A DNA stretch of 64,000 nucleotides, from the NCBI GenBank assembly GCA_002633005.1, contig NMRA01000115.1:700622-764621 (forward strand), read 5' to 3'. Source of the stretch: Phoronis australis. Taxonomy: Eukaryota; Animalia; Phoronida. Both the position numbers and the translations under genes were made by a program. This document shows, in pieces, positions 12,401 through 25,298 of this stretch. Position 1 is the first letter of the stretch; every line of letters starts with the position of its first letter. The notes below the pieces were generated by a model. That model ran no database searches. It was not told the DNA's origin and was given only the letters and a program-made list of their open reading frames with translations.

Positions 12401-15400
12401 TGACTGGAATGAAATTTTCGTCTTTTAATAGGATTTCCTTTTTTGGTTTCGATTTCCTCTTATTTGACTTTCTGTTTCTTCTTTTTTCTTCTCTTTTTAT
12501 CATTCTGATTTCCATTCATGCAAAAACATTCAGTTCTGATCAGTTAAATTTTATAACACAAAAAAAAATATTTCGTTCACGCAAGCCCATTTGTGGAACA
12601 ATGCATCACCAAGAAATTTTTCCTCTTTTTTGTCATTGGTCATTCCAAGCCCATGTAATTAGAAGGTTGATATCATTATTACGGTCGATGACAGAGGTGA
12701 GAGGTGGTTATGGTGTATCAAATTTTGGATGACGTAATGTGTGAACGCTCCCAAATCGAGAACTGTGCTTTCAAGTTGAATTGAGTGCTGTTTAGGTCAT
12801 ATGACGATTACCTTGGGTCATTCTGTTTCACACCATGATGAGGGTCAAGTGTTGATTTAGTTCTGTTATCTCAAAAGGTCTTTAAAGAAGACTGGCATAG
12901 CACTGTTTTTTATGGTGATACGGTTTTACTGAGGTTGGAATGGATTAATAGTTGTTATTTTTGACTTAGACATAATAAGAATGAAGTAGTTTAAGTCAAA
13001 ATTTAGAATTTAGCCATATTTGTCTGATGCAGCGCTCATTACTTTAAATTACACCTGTCAAGCTGGACTTGAAAAATTTCTTGAAAGTGTCAGTTTTCGT
13101 ATTGGAATCGAGTCGATGATCGAATTAAACGAAGTGGCCAAGCTGTGGAAAGGCTAGCCAGCTTCCTGAACCATTATTAAAATACTTGTGATTGACTTGT
13201 TCATAGTGTAGCATAGTGGTGTCGTGCTCAAGTGCAGACTCCACCCAGGTGTTTGTCGAGGATTTCAAAAAATAGGGTGTCCAAAATGGGTTTCCCAATG
13301 CCTCGGGGCATCCATGAGCCATCTAGTGAATGTTTTTTATGACTCCTAAGTCAAATTGCTGTTAGTGTAGTATGTTATTCTTTGGGCAGGTCAATACGCT
13401 CCCTAAGTTGCTGCTGAAAAGTTAAGAGAGACACCTATGCTTGCTTGCTTTACGTGTGCATTCAAATACTCAACAGGGCGTCCTTACTAGGATGTCTAAA
13501 TTTGAGCAAACTAACCATTGCCTGTTACTGACAAGTTTTTGTTAACAGATAACTGAAATTTTCATTGTTTGGCTTATTTTTTTTCAGACTTGAAAATTTT
13601 GATGGTCGAATGCCATTCAATTTCATCACTTTTATTGAACTCCCAGAGTGCTGCAAGTCGTACACCCATGATCAATTAGGTAAATGTTTTGTATTGATGA
13701 TCGCATCTAGACATGAAGTTGTAGGTATTTAATATGTTATCAGTCTCATGATCCATCAGTGGCCAACCAAAACCCTTGCAATTACGGTGCTGCATAGCTG
13801 ACCAGGGCTCGATTTGGCATTCCGTAGCTCACCAGTATGACATCAGACCTGCTAAAAGTCACCACAAAATTGCCATGTACAAATCCAAGCATGTGGTCAA
13901 AATATTACAATATGTGAAGAGAGTGGAGTCAGAATTGTTCGTTTAAAAAAGCAGAAGTACTCATACCTGCACAGACAACTTGTTCTGATCGTCTGCCTTT
14001 TCCTTAAGTATGAGCTGAGCATGCGCACCTTAGTGGACCTGAGGGGGATATAAGTCATTACTGAGTGGTCGATAAACCCCTGATTTTCCATTCAACTGAA
14101 GAAAAAGGTCACCCGCGTATTGCGGTGGACATTCATTCTGTTCACTGGCCAACAATGCTTTGTTTGTGGAGTACGGGACTTACACATATGTGGGCTTTCT
14201 GCGTTTTGGCGAAACCATCATTTTCGATTTGGCACCCTGGGAATTTTGCCGGGTCGCATTTAGCGAGTTGATGTTATGCTAAGCTTTGACCCCTACAACT
14301 CCTAAATTCCAGCACAGTATAGGGCAGTTTCCATTAGTACATATTGTGTTATGCATGAAACGAAATAAGATTAAATTGCATTAGCAATAGCATAAAAGGT
14401 ATGTCCATTTGTCTATAGATAAAGTGTGGTGGCCAATCCCATGTGTTTATTTGAAATGGATTCTGTAGCGTTTGCATAATACACATTGGTTATTGCAATT
14501 CGCAGTTTTTATTTCAATGATTCTGCTCATTTCAGCCAATCTGACATGCTTATTGGTGTCCTACTTCATCAACACCTGGACATTCACTGCCCTTGTGAGG
14601 AAAACTGTCTGGGACTACTGTCTGACATTGACTCTCTTTCACATACTTCTGTCTTGCTTAGGTAAGTGGATTCATTGCTCCTGATACCTCTATTTTGGGG
14701 CCAGATTTCTGCCTCATTCCCCACTGCTGAAAAAATATTTAAAGATCACTTAAAATTCTCATTGTCGGGTTCAAAAATTTCCAATAAAAAAATTAAGGAA
14801 CATGGGTCCTTATTTGGGGGTGGAATTGGTAGTGAACAGGAGGGAGAATTTTCCCCTCACCTTGAGAAAATAAAAAACCCTCAGGTGAGCAAGGGCCATG
14901 GGATTAAAAAGGAAGGTATTAGTTGTAGTCATATTCTTTAATTACGTGTGAATGGAATTTGTGATAGTGAGGCCTAGGGCATCAGAGAAGAAATGTCAGC
15001 TCTGACGCTACCCCTGATCTAATGATGTCTACAAGAACAGAAAGCTAGAGCTTGTTGATCATTATTGTATCCACACCAGTATAATCTCACCCAGCAGGTA
15101 TAAACTCTGTATCCGACTACCGGTGTGCCTCCTGGTGGCAATTTTAATTTTTTACGTTTGCATCAGTATCTTCAAAGGTCCTCAACAGATTTTCATAAAA
15201 TTTGACAAATAGGCATTTATTAGTGAGATGACGCTACCTTCTTGTTCTCGAATGGATTCAAGGTACTTTGTACCACCTTGTGGCCATTTTTTACCATTTT
15301 TGAGTTTCTTTTTTGGCGTCTGGCCCTCTATCAATCAAACCACTCTAGGGATGAGTGTGAAAATTGGTATATGTGTTCCTAGCACTTGTGAAGAGGACGG

Positions 15401-18400
15401 CTGATGATGATTTTCCGACTTCACCTACTGTGATGCTTCCTATTGGCAGTTTTTTTTTGCGCTGTATCTTTTAAAGGCGAAGGCAACCTTTCTTCATGTC
15501 ATTTTTAGCACAAATACGGTTCGATGACTATCCCAGACATATTTTCCACTTAATTAGAGCTTTTCGTAATTTGATTAATTATTCGTTATCTACTCCGGAA
15601 GTGACATTTTGGGAGGCAAGGATTTCGCGCCAATTTCTTTTCCCATAGTCTGACTATATGAGCGTTGTCGAGTCAATCATTCATCTGCCTCGGTTGTCAT
15701 AAGTTCGGTCGTCGTTTGTTTTTGTTTACGAGTCAGTCAACATGCCACACTGTTGCTGCGTACCGGGATGTACTCATTATGGCCCAAAGCCTGTTGGCAG
15801 CCATGCTGCGATGTTGAGTAGTGGGAGTGAATACAGGCCCAATTCGACACCCAGTGAAGAGTACAGTTCGTCGTTCAATGAACAGATCGGTGAGCCAAAC
15901 TTTGATAAGTTTATTGTGGACTTGTCTAAAGTATTAGAGCTATTTAGAAGGTGCCAGGTGTGTGGCGAGGTAGTCACACGGCAGGGTGTAAACAGTTTGT
16001 GTGCTCAGGTCACTATCAGTGGGAGTGTGTCGCGGACACTCGGGCAAGTGGGACAGTTGTTCCTCTGTCCGTGAGATGATAATGAGTACATCCCGGTACA
16101 CAGCAACAGTGTGGCATGTTGACTGACTCGTAAACAAAATCACACGATGACCGAATTTATCAAAACCGAGATAGATCAATCACTGACTCATTAGCTCTCA
16201 CAGTCAGACGATACGAAAAGAAATAAGCGGGAAATTCTTGCCTCCCAAAACGTCACTTCCAGAGTAGACAACGAATAATTAATTAAATTACAAAAAGCTG
16301 TAATTAAGTGGAAAATGTTTCTGGGATAACCAATGAACCTTATTTAAGCTAAAAAAGACATGAAAAAAGGTTGCCTTCGCCTTTGAACCCTCTCCAAAAT
16401 CTTTATTGAATTTAGCAGTGTATTTCTATGAAGTTGATAAGTGTCAGCGACAACTTTTTAGCCATTTGGCAACACGCTGGAATATCTTATTGCCATTTCT
16501 ACATTTGCTATCGCCAAAATGGCGATGAAAAACGGCTTTCGATCACTGTACTAGCTTAGTAGTATAGCAAACAACAGGTGCTGATTACCCAAGTAGTTGG
16601 TGCTTAGGGCTGTTCCAGTAAAATCTGTATGGGAGGGGGTGGAAGGCACCTTTTTTTCGCACCCACCACCCAAATTTTTCATTTATTTCTTCGGCCTACC
16701 ACCCGTAATTTTTTATAAGTTTGAAATGCAACCACCCGTAATTTTTTTGTTCTTGTGGTTGACTGCACAGGCACTTGAGTTTATCTGTTCTCCATCACCA
16801 CTAACGTCATTCATTACTAAGAAAACATATGTTTCTTATATATGGTTATTAGCCATCGAGAAATTCGAGCACCTGTGGTTAACTGGTGTTATGGGCATAC
16901 CGATGAGGAGATCGGAGGGAGTGAAAAAGTCGGAGCTTTTTGCAAGTTGCATTTTTGTTTCAGTTTTTGATTCTGTGCGGATTGTTTATAAAATATACTA
17001 AAATTACCCGCCATCAAACATTTATGGCACAATGAAACAACACCGACCTGTAAATTTTTGTTTTTGTGAAATACGACCACCAGCCATTTTGAATTTAAAT
17101 CAAACGCAACCACCCATAAATTTTTATTTCAGTTGCCTTCCCCCTCCCCCACACAGATTTTGCTGGAACAGCCCTTAGTGATTTATGTTCTTGTATAAGT
17201 ATATGAATTGCTATTTTACCAATCCAAAAAGTGTGTACGAATTATTTTTTGGACAGATATGTGTACGAACTATTTTTCCATGCGAACCTATTGTACGAAC
17301 TATTAGAAACGCCTTGTTGCAAGGGTGGTGTTCAAACTGTTAGGTGTACAAACTGTTTGAGAAATGACCATAGGCTACATTTGGAAAACTAATGCTTACA
17401 GCATCAGAGTGGATTAGAAATTATCATTGCCCTCGCTCAGGTAAAGGTAGCTCTGCTTTCTGAGGGAATTTTTTTCAAGTGAAATTAAAATCCCCAATCT
17501 TCCTCTGGTCACCAGTTTTTCCAGGCATGCCTGTGAAGTTAGACCTTTTCAAGTCGAGGCCCTGTATGAGTTAACTTGGGGGGAGTTTTTGAAGTGTGGA
17601 ATTTCATGTAATTTTAAAATATTTTTATAGGGAAATGAGGCTGATGTTTGACTCCAAAATTGAGACATTTAGGATCCTGGTTATTGAGATTTACTGAAAC
17701 TTGCGTCCCATGGGAAGAAAGCAACTTTGTTAACTGCGACATAGCAACATAATTGCGTTTTTTAGTTGAACTTGAGTTGGATCTAAAATTTGTAGTTTTT
17801 ATCGCATCACACTGTCTTTTGAATGACACTGAGATTGTCAGAGAAAAACACTGGAAATTGTGCTAGTTTTAAGTTGCTAAGTGCAGGTTTTTAGCATGAG
17901 GGTTCTAGATTGTGTGCCAAATGGTCGGGCAGCCCTGCATAGTAAATGTCAAAATGCAACATGAACAACCAGTCTGTTGTTGAAAGTCTGTCTTCACTTC
18001 CTTTTCAGTCATGCTGTCATTTCCACTCAACTGGTCCTGGTGGTTCTGTATTGGTAGGTGTCTAGTTTTTCACTTGTCCAAAACTCGGTCATTTTTGCCG
18101 CAATATATGGAAAAGAGCTTTTTATGGTTTAGATCATGTTAAAACATGTTAAAACATTGAGAAGTAATCACACTGCTTTGAGAAATACAGTTGTCTTCAT
18201 TTGAGGTTAGCAAAGTCTGTCACAACTTGTTCTAAATCAATGGAATTTGTTTAGGATGCTGGTGATCATTTGCATAATGGTAGCTATCCCCCTGGTATCT
18301 TGGGAAACTTGGGAATACCGGGTCATATTTTGATTATCATTGCCTTTTGTTATGGCAATATTTACTGTAACTACGGTATGTGATTTTACTGATGTTGTCA

Positions 18401-18533
18401 CCGCCTCTCTTTTTCTCTCACTTCAGGGGTGGCTTTGTTAGTTCAGGTGATGATGGCTGAATCTGTAGTGTTCTGTTTCACCGACACAAAGATCAGCCGT
18501 TCAAACAAAGTACAGCCGGCCAAGCCTTCTTGA
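9486..18533 (+). CDS. TMEM244: Transmembrane protein 244-like (SYS1-related), about 155 aa, 6 coding exons
   Basis: Phase-compatible exons 11446-11531 (DILINLLKCLIAHYAVFYIV...), 13588-13679 (LENFDGRMPFNF), 14536-14661 (VWDYCLTLTLFHILLS), 18009-18053 (VMLSFPLNWSWW) and 18427-18533 (stop). These match recalled TMEM244 motifs PFDF, VWDYA...LH and VMLEFPL..WW. The first exon 9486-9497 (ATGAAGACTTCT|GTACGT, MKTS) is inferred. Confidence 0.82.
9690..11055. repeat. Array of five ~200-260-bp related units in alternating orientation (foldback array) in TMEM244 intron 1
   Basis: Units at ~9690-9940 (rev), 9970-10230 (fwd), 10340-10540 (rev), 10585-10830 (fwd) and 10850-11055 (rev) share AAAATGGC...GAACTGAAC...GAGTTGGAAGGAATTAAA...AGGTGTC...CAAAAGGTA or its reverse complement. 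Confidence 0.85.
11900..12376 (-). pseudogene. Possible decayed piggyBac transposase C-terminal fragment
   Basis: Minus-strand translation AVDQS...DQILET...RKCV...W..RHIFMSLIDV...N resembles piggyBac GVDxxDQ...RK..WW...FFHLID; Cys-rich remnant downstream. Heavily disrupted. Confidence 0.35.
12403..12651. mobile_element. MITE-like repeat, same family as 6666 and 48358
   Basis: Ends in ...TTTTCCTCTTTTTTGTCATTGGTCATTCCAAGCCC, shared with the 48358-48601 copy. Confidence 0.6.
15475..16382 (+). mobile_element. Non-autonomous Kolobok-like DNA transposon (internal deletion derivative) in TMEM244 intron 4
   Basis: TTAA|AGGCGAAGGCAACC... and ...GGTTGCCTTCGCCT|TTGA; ~190-bp imperfect TIRs. Internal ORF 15742-16074 begins MPHCCCVPGC (THAP-type start) and contains KFIVDLSKVLELFRRCQVCG, recalled as a Kolobok transposase N-terminal motif. 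Confidence 0.8.
16607..17174. mobile_element. PIF/Harbinger (Tourist-like) MITE
   Basis: TTA|GGGCTGTTCCAGTAAAATCTGT... and ...ACAGATTTTGCTGGAACAGCCC|TTA; perfect 3-bp TTA TSD; ~40-bp TIR; internal CCACCC(G/A)TAA repeats. Confidence 0.85.
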
Positions 18534-20789
18534 TTCGACCGCCACTTTGATTGAGAGTTGGCAAACTGAGGTCAAAGCTCCGCGTTGTATTTAACGGGAA
18601 CGTGCTTTACCGTCTCCATCCAAGTGGAGCTTCTGTAACTCATTTCCAAATCTCAGGTCCAAGTCTATCTTGCCTGGATTTGATTAGATGTGACAGGTAC
18701 TGCTGGTATTCATAGTACAAGTGCTATATGGGGAACAGCTGTGCAGTCTTGATGGATCTGAAACTTTTGGTGCTTAGCCATCGGATGTCCCATTTCAAGT
18801 TCAGAAATGAAAAGTTAAAGGTCAAGTGTGTTGCCGTGGACACATTTTGTGTATGGTGAAGGAATTAAGGTTTGTAGTCACTGACCAAGCAGGGCATCCA
18901 TTGTCCGTCAGTATAAAGTTTGGAAGGATGGAGGTTTATTTGAAGTACCGTATGGAGAAAATCCATTAATACCCTTTACGTGTGCTTAACGCTGTAAATC
19001 CTAGGCATGCAAAACTGTTTAACCCTCTAGCGCCTGACCTACTTTTAGTCATAAAGTACGTTGCACCCGAACCCTCTTTAGCGTTGTGCTGTGACAACAA
19101 GACTGGTCTTGGTAAAATAACAATTATTAGTACTTTTTTGGTCTGTTAAGCATATCGACGATATACCTTGCTGGGAACGGGAAAGACTACAGATTGAATC
19201 TAATGATAGTTATGAAATAAGATCATACCACAAATACAATGTAAAAAATGGTAGGTTAAACCAACAATGTACTTTTTCCAACATGCTTGGGGACAATCTA
19301 ATTTTCTACAAAGTATATTTTTATTTTTCTAGGTATCATAACAAAATTGGGAGGAGTGATACATAAATGCTTGACAAAAGCACTTTGAAAATGTCGGAGA
19401 TATAACATAAATACTTTTTGTGCCACTGAAGTTCCACTGACGACCCTAATTTCAGCGGGTTACTTTTGAAAGGTACTTGCAGTGTGAAAACAACACTTCC
19501 CATTTTCATCATTCTCAAGTTAACAGTTTTTACTGAAGATTTCAAGTCTTTATCTTTTTCCTTTGTTTAGGTGTCTCATTACGTTCCGGGTCATTGTTAA
19601 CTTAAAGCTTGAGGTTACGGTTATGCACAAAACAGGGGTCTGGGCACATTATTGCTTTACATACAGCTCATTCGTACGGAGTTTCAACTCGCTGCTTGCG
19701 AACAGCATGTGCTGACCTTTCGTGTTACTGAACAATTGAAGGAGCATGTTTGAATTTCTGGTTAAACCACATCCCACCACGCAGCACCGAAGTTTTGTGG
19801 ACGGACCTAAGGAGGTTTTCACTGATTAGTTCTTTCGCTACCGATTTTTGGATAGTAGGATTGCGAACGATAAGATAGACCGAAAATCTGGTTTCTGAAC
19901 ATCGTAGTGTACTAACACTTTTTCAGACGTAATCAGTTACTTACACTTGTCAAAAATATCTTGGCAATCTTTCCTCCACACAAATTTTACATTCTTCCGC
20001 AATAGAACATTTAGAGGATGCAAAATAGTAGATAAGTTACCTTCCATGGCCTGTGTTGGATAGTAGGATTGTGAACGATAAGAAGGACAGAAAGCCACAT
20101 GTTTTGTGAAGCCATCTTGTTATGACGAAAAAAGAGAAGAAACAGGAGGTAATTCCAAGCAGCAACAAATCACACAAGGTGCCGCTAGTTAGAGTGCATG
20201 AGCACCAATGAAACCAATATATAACAGCGATAGTGTGGAGTCTATCATTAGCTCTTTTTTGCCTGTCAGTTTCAACAACGGAAACTAGTTGATTTGCGAT
20301 ATGTCAACTCAAAACAAGAAAAATTTAAGATACAAAACAAATCCACACTTCTTTTATGTGAGTTGATTCGTTGATAACTTAAATTGACCTCGCCCATGAA
20401 TATGTTTTATGTCACGATTACGAGGCGGTTCACTTCAACTTCTCCCATTTTCCACTGGTTGTTGAGGAGCAGAAAACTGTCATTGTCAAAAGGAACTGGG
20501 GATGTCATCAAAACTGTTACTATTTTGTAGTCTTGCCAGGTAGTGGCCGTCATGGAATGCTTGAGGTGTGAGGGATTACCTCATTTCGGTGTCGTCACAA
20601 AACTTTTTGTTCATGGTGGAAGGCAGACCTTTCCGGTTTGGGCACAAAGTGCCAAAGGATAATGCCCCCCTTTGTTAAAGTCCCTCATTAGATTTCATCT
20701 GGTCTGCCTCATAGATAGTTAGACAGGAGTGTAAAAGGGATGCAGGCGTGAAAGAAATCAGTCATGGTTGTCTTACGTTTTCAATCTTG

Positions 20790-21491
20790 GTAACACCTGT
20801 GCCTACCTCCGGTTTGGTTAACGCCTTCTTCACGCTTTCCTCGCGCCTCCCTCACGCTTACCTCACGTTTTCTTTGTGTCTTCGGTAGTTGTAACCGTGA
20901 TGGTGCACGGAGCTAATAAAAATTACATCTAGATCTGCGTGTACAGGTGGTGTTGGTGTACCTGTAATCCATCGTTTGGCTGAGCAGTCATCTTTCAACA
21001 ATGAGTTCCAACTAACTCCGTAATTTCGCGTATTGGTCATACAAACGTTCTCTTTAACTCGTCTGAGGTTACATCTATGTTGTCCAATTTATGACTCCAA
21101 AGCCTGTCCCATCAACAACTTAACAGTGATTAGTAAAGATGATCAAATGCGACCTTGTATAGTGTTCAGTCATGTTTACATTGCTGTAGTCTCCGTGAAA
21201 CTTGATATAGCTGGATATTACTTAATTGGCCCTAAAAGTAGCATATGCAACTTGATACATGTGCATGTACACAAGTCATGTATTGCCATTCCATAGATTC
21301 TTGCACCGCATTTACGGAACTGAAAATTCCAGTAAACTCCCTTCTGCGGGTTACGGCATCTGGCATTCCCAACCCTTACTGCGAGCTTATGTTAAGTCCC
21401 CAACCCCTAGTGCGGGTTTATTTATAGCCCCATACCCTTAGTGTTTCGCGTACACATTATTCCCGGGGAATTCTTCACTAAAATAGTAACA
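20790..21491 (+). mobile_element. Possible LTR (second copy 23115-23813)
   Basis: ~700 bp ending ...TAAAATAGTAACA followed by gTGGTCACC (PBS-like). A 5' TG terminus is not confirmed. Confidence 0.4.
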
Positions 21492-21699
21492 GTGGTCACC
21501 TGTCTGACTCGTCAAATGGTCATGATCAGTCTTCTCAGCATGATGGCTGAATTTGGGATAAATGCGCACACAACTCACGTGTTATGCTCAGGCACGTGAA
21601 GACAATTGAAATATTCCCTCATGTATACGTGAATCAACATAATATATTCAATAACAAATATGTACAAGTGAGAAGTTAAGCCCTGGAGTCTGGTGGAGG

Positions 21700-22300
21700 A
21701 CCCTGTAAGGGAGCCGGCGCGGCATCACCATGCTGAGGCATCGTAAGCGCTTATCGGCAGAAACCATGTCTATTGAAGCGGACGTGGACTTGGCATGGTC
21801 ATCGTAAAAACTAGTTAGCATTGTTTGACTGTCTGTAGATATGGAGACTTGTTGTACCCCGGCAGTACGTGCCTCCCAGATACTGTCCACGGTCTCAGCA
21901 AGGTCGTCTGTGTTAGCAATGCTGTGACCTGCCAGGATAGTGCAAATGTCAGGAGGTAGGTTGGTCAGAAACAAAGCACGCTTTAAAGTTTGGGGGTTGT
22001 CGTTAAGAGCGTTGATATGTTGCATTAGGGCAGTGGGACATTTGCCACCAAAGCCATTAAGTTTCACAAGTTCAATTCTTCTGAGCCTGGGATTTTCCAA
22101 AAGCGTTAATTATACTAGACGCCCATACTTCTTTATGAGAGATGGGTGTATGAGAATAACCTGAACTTCATCAGCTTTGTTAACATCAAGGGCACTTACC
22201 ACTTAATCGTATTTCCTTTGGTCCTGTATAACCCCTTTGGTTCCAAACTGAACCTCAACCTTGGTGAACCAATCTTTGGGCGATTTTGGCCAAGTCGTTA
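21700..22300 (-). pseudogene. Gypsy retrotransposon gag fragment, copy 1
   Basis: W.KSPK.WFTKVEVQF...G..QDQRKYD.VVSALD and RALFLTNLPPDICTILA...DDLAETVDSIWE; stops and frameshifts. Confidence 0.78.
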
Positions 22301-22629
22301 TCACTTATTTACGAAATTTCGGGGGGGGGAACATGGCCCCTTTGGCCCCCTGTAAATCCACCACTGATGTAATGAACAAAATGCAAGCAGTTTTACATGT
22401 GCAAATGGGTGTAGGATGGGGTGCAAAGTTGATTATGTCTGTGTCTAGCTCATTATTAACATGCTCAATAAAATACTATCAATGGAAAATTAACAAAAAT
22501 AATGACAGGCATATTAAAAGTTTAAATTACCTTCATCAGTCGAGTACACATATTCAAGTTTTCGTTTTCGCTGTGTGTTTGTTCGGTGCACGAACTATCG
22601 TCCGTCGACCGGGAGTAACTTTGCATTAT

Positions 22630-22980
22630 GGTAGCCCATATTGAGGCATGGAATTGGGTTTTTGCAGTAGGTTTTCGATCCAAAAAATGTTCAGAGCATA
22701 CACAAAGATATTTTGGTGGATCCTTTTGATTGATTGCTGACGACCAGAATTTCATTTTATCTTTGTCCCGTGGAATCGGGTGAAGTTGGTATGGCGGGGG
22801 GCACGGACAGTCATCGTGAACAAATCCATGATATTCAAGTCTCCAGTTTCCACAAGTAGAGTTTCTTACGATTGTTAGTGCAATCCTTCACTGCACAATG
22901 TTGTCCACTGCTTTTTCTATATTTTTTCTGTTCAACTTCTGGCGTATTTTCCATCATCTTGGCGAATTTCGCAAGTTTCA
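22630..22980 (-). pseudogene. THAP zinc-finger fragment, copy 1
   Basis: CAVKDC...P...KFWSSAIN...LCVCSEHF...P; frameshifted. Confidence 0.8.
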
Positions 22981-24094
22981 ATGTACACACAGTAACGCAT
23001 GTTATTGTTCAACGCTGACCGGAAGCTCTATACAGGAAATTGCTTTAAAAATGGCGAGAGCTATTCCGCCACAACAAACATGTCTCGGATCCTTTCCGGT
23101 TCGAGCCAAAAATNGTAACACCTGTGCCTACCTCCGGTTTGGTTAACGCCTTCTTCACGCTTTCCTCGCGCCTCCCTCACGCTTACCTCATGTTTTCTTT
23201 GTGTCTTCGGTAGTTGTAACCGTGATGGTGCACGGAGCTAATAAAAATTACATCTAGATCTGCGTGTACAGGTGGTGTTGGTGTACCTGTAATCCATCGT
23301 TTGGCTGAGCAATCATCTTTCAACGAGTTCCAACTAACTCCGTAATTTCGCGTATTGGTCATACAAACGTTCTCTTTAACTCGTCTGAGGTTACATCTAT
23401 GTTGTCCAATTGATGACTCCAAAGCCTGTCCCATCAACAACTTAACAGTGATTAGTAAAGATGATCAAATGCGACCTTGTATAGTGTTCAGTCATGTTTA
23501 CATTGCTGTAGTCTCCGTGAAACTTGATATAGCTGGATATTACTTAATTGGCCCTAAAAATAGCTTATGCATCTTTATACATGTGCATGTACGCAAGTCA
23601 TGTATTGCCATTCCGTACATTCTTGCGCCGCATTTACGGAACAGAAAATTCCAGTAAACTCCCTCCTGCGGGTTACGGCATCTGGCATTCCCAACCCTTA
23701 CTGCGAGCGTATGTTAAGTCCCCAACCCCTAGTGCGGGTTTATTTGTAGCCCCATACCCTTAGTGTTTCGCGTACACATTATTCCCGGGGAATTCTTCAC
23801 TAAAATAGTAACAGTGGTCACCTGTCTGACTCGTCAAATGGTCATGATCAGTCTTGTCAGCATGATGGCTGAATTTGGGATAAATGTGCACACAACTCAC
23901 GTGTTATGCTCAGGCACATCATGAAGACAATTGAAATATTCCCTCATATACACGTGAGTCAACATAACATATTCAATAACAAATATGTACAAGTGAGAAG
24001 TTAAGCCCTGGAGTCTGGTGGAGGACCCTGTAAGGGAGCCGGCGCGGCATCACCATGCTGAGGCATCGTAAGCGCTTATCGGCAGAAACCATGT

Positions 24095-24601
24095 CTATTG
24101 AAGCGGACTAGTTAGCATGGTTTGACTGTCTGTAGATATAGAGACTTGTTGTACCCCGGCAGTACGTGCCTGCCAGATACTGTCCACGGTCTCAGCAAGG
24201 TCGACTGTGTTAGCAATGCTGTGACCTGCCAGGATAGTGCGAATGACAGGAGGTAGGTTTGTCAGAAACAAAGCACGCTTTAAAGTTTGGGGGTTGTCGT
24301 TAAGAGCGTTGATATGTTGCATTAGGGCATTGGGACATTTGCCACCAAAGCCATTAAGTTTCAAAAGTTCAATTCTTCTGAGCCTGGGATTTTCCAAAAG
24401 CGTTAATTAAACTAGACGCCCATACTTCTTTGTGAGAGATGGGTGTATGAGAATAACCTGAACTTCATCAGCTTTGTTAACATCAAGGGCACTTACTACA
24501 TAATCGTATTTCCTTTGGTCCTGTATAACCCCTTTGGTTCCAAACTGAACCTCAACCTTGGTGAACCAAGCTTTGGGCGATTTTGGCCAAGCCGGTATCA
24601 C
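24095..24601 (-). pseudogene. Gypsy retrotransposon gag fragment, copy 2
   Basis: ORFs 24407-24601 (PAWPKSPKAWFTKVEVQF...KYDYVVSALD) and 24095-24397 (LFLTNLPPVIRTILA...DLAETVDSIW). Confidence 0.78.
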
Positions 24602-24934
24602 TTATTTACGAAATTTCAGGGGGGGAACATGGCCCCTTTGGCCCCCTGTAAATCCACCACTGATGTAATGAACAAAATGCAAGCAGTTTTACATGTGCAA
24701 ATGGGTGTAGGATGGGGTGCAAAGTTGATTATGTCTGTGTCTAGCTCATTACTAACATGCTCAATAAAACACTATCAAATTGAATGGAAAATTAAACAAA
24801 AAAATAATGACAGGCATATTAAAAGTTTAAATTACCTTCATCAGTCGAGTGCAAATATTCAAGTTTTCGTTTTCGCTGTATGATTGTTCGGTGCACGAAC
24901 TATCGTATGTCAACCGGGAGTAACTTTGCATTAT

Positions 24935-25298
24935 GGTAGCCCCTATTGAGGCATGGAATTGGGTTTTTTGCAGTAGGTTTTCGATCCAAAAAATGTTCAG
25001 AGCATACTCAAAGATATTTTGGTGTATCTTTATGATTGATTGCTGACAACCACAATTTCATTTTATCTTTGTCCTGTGGAATCTGGTGAAGTTGGTATGG
25101 CGGGGGACACGGACAGTCATCGTGAACAAATCCGTGAGATTCACAAGTCTCCAGTTTCCACAAGTAGAGTTTCTTACGATTGTTAGTGCAATCCTTCACT
25201 GCACAATGTTGTCCACTGCTTTTTCTATACTTTTTCTGTTCGACTTCTGGCATATTTTTCGTCATCTTAGCAAATTTCTCAAGTTTCAATGTACACAC
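24935..25298 (-). pseudogene. THAP zinc-finger fragment, copy 2
   Basis: HCAVKDCTNN...YQLHQIPQDKDKMKLWLSAIN...YL*VCSEHF...NPIP: C2CH THAP signature with an in-frame stop. Confidence 0.82.

Noticed and set aside
19019-19645. piggyBac-like terminus TTAACCCTCTAG
   Set aside because: No matching inverted terminus with TTAA was found.
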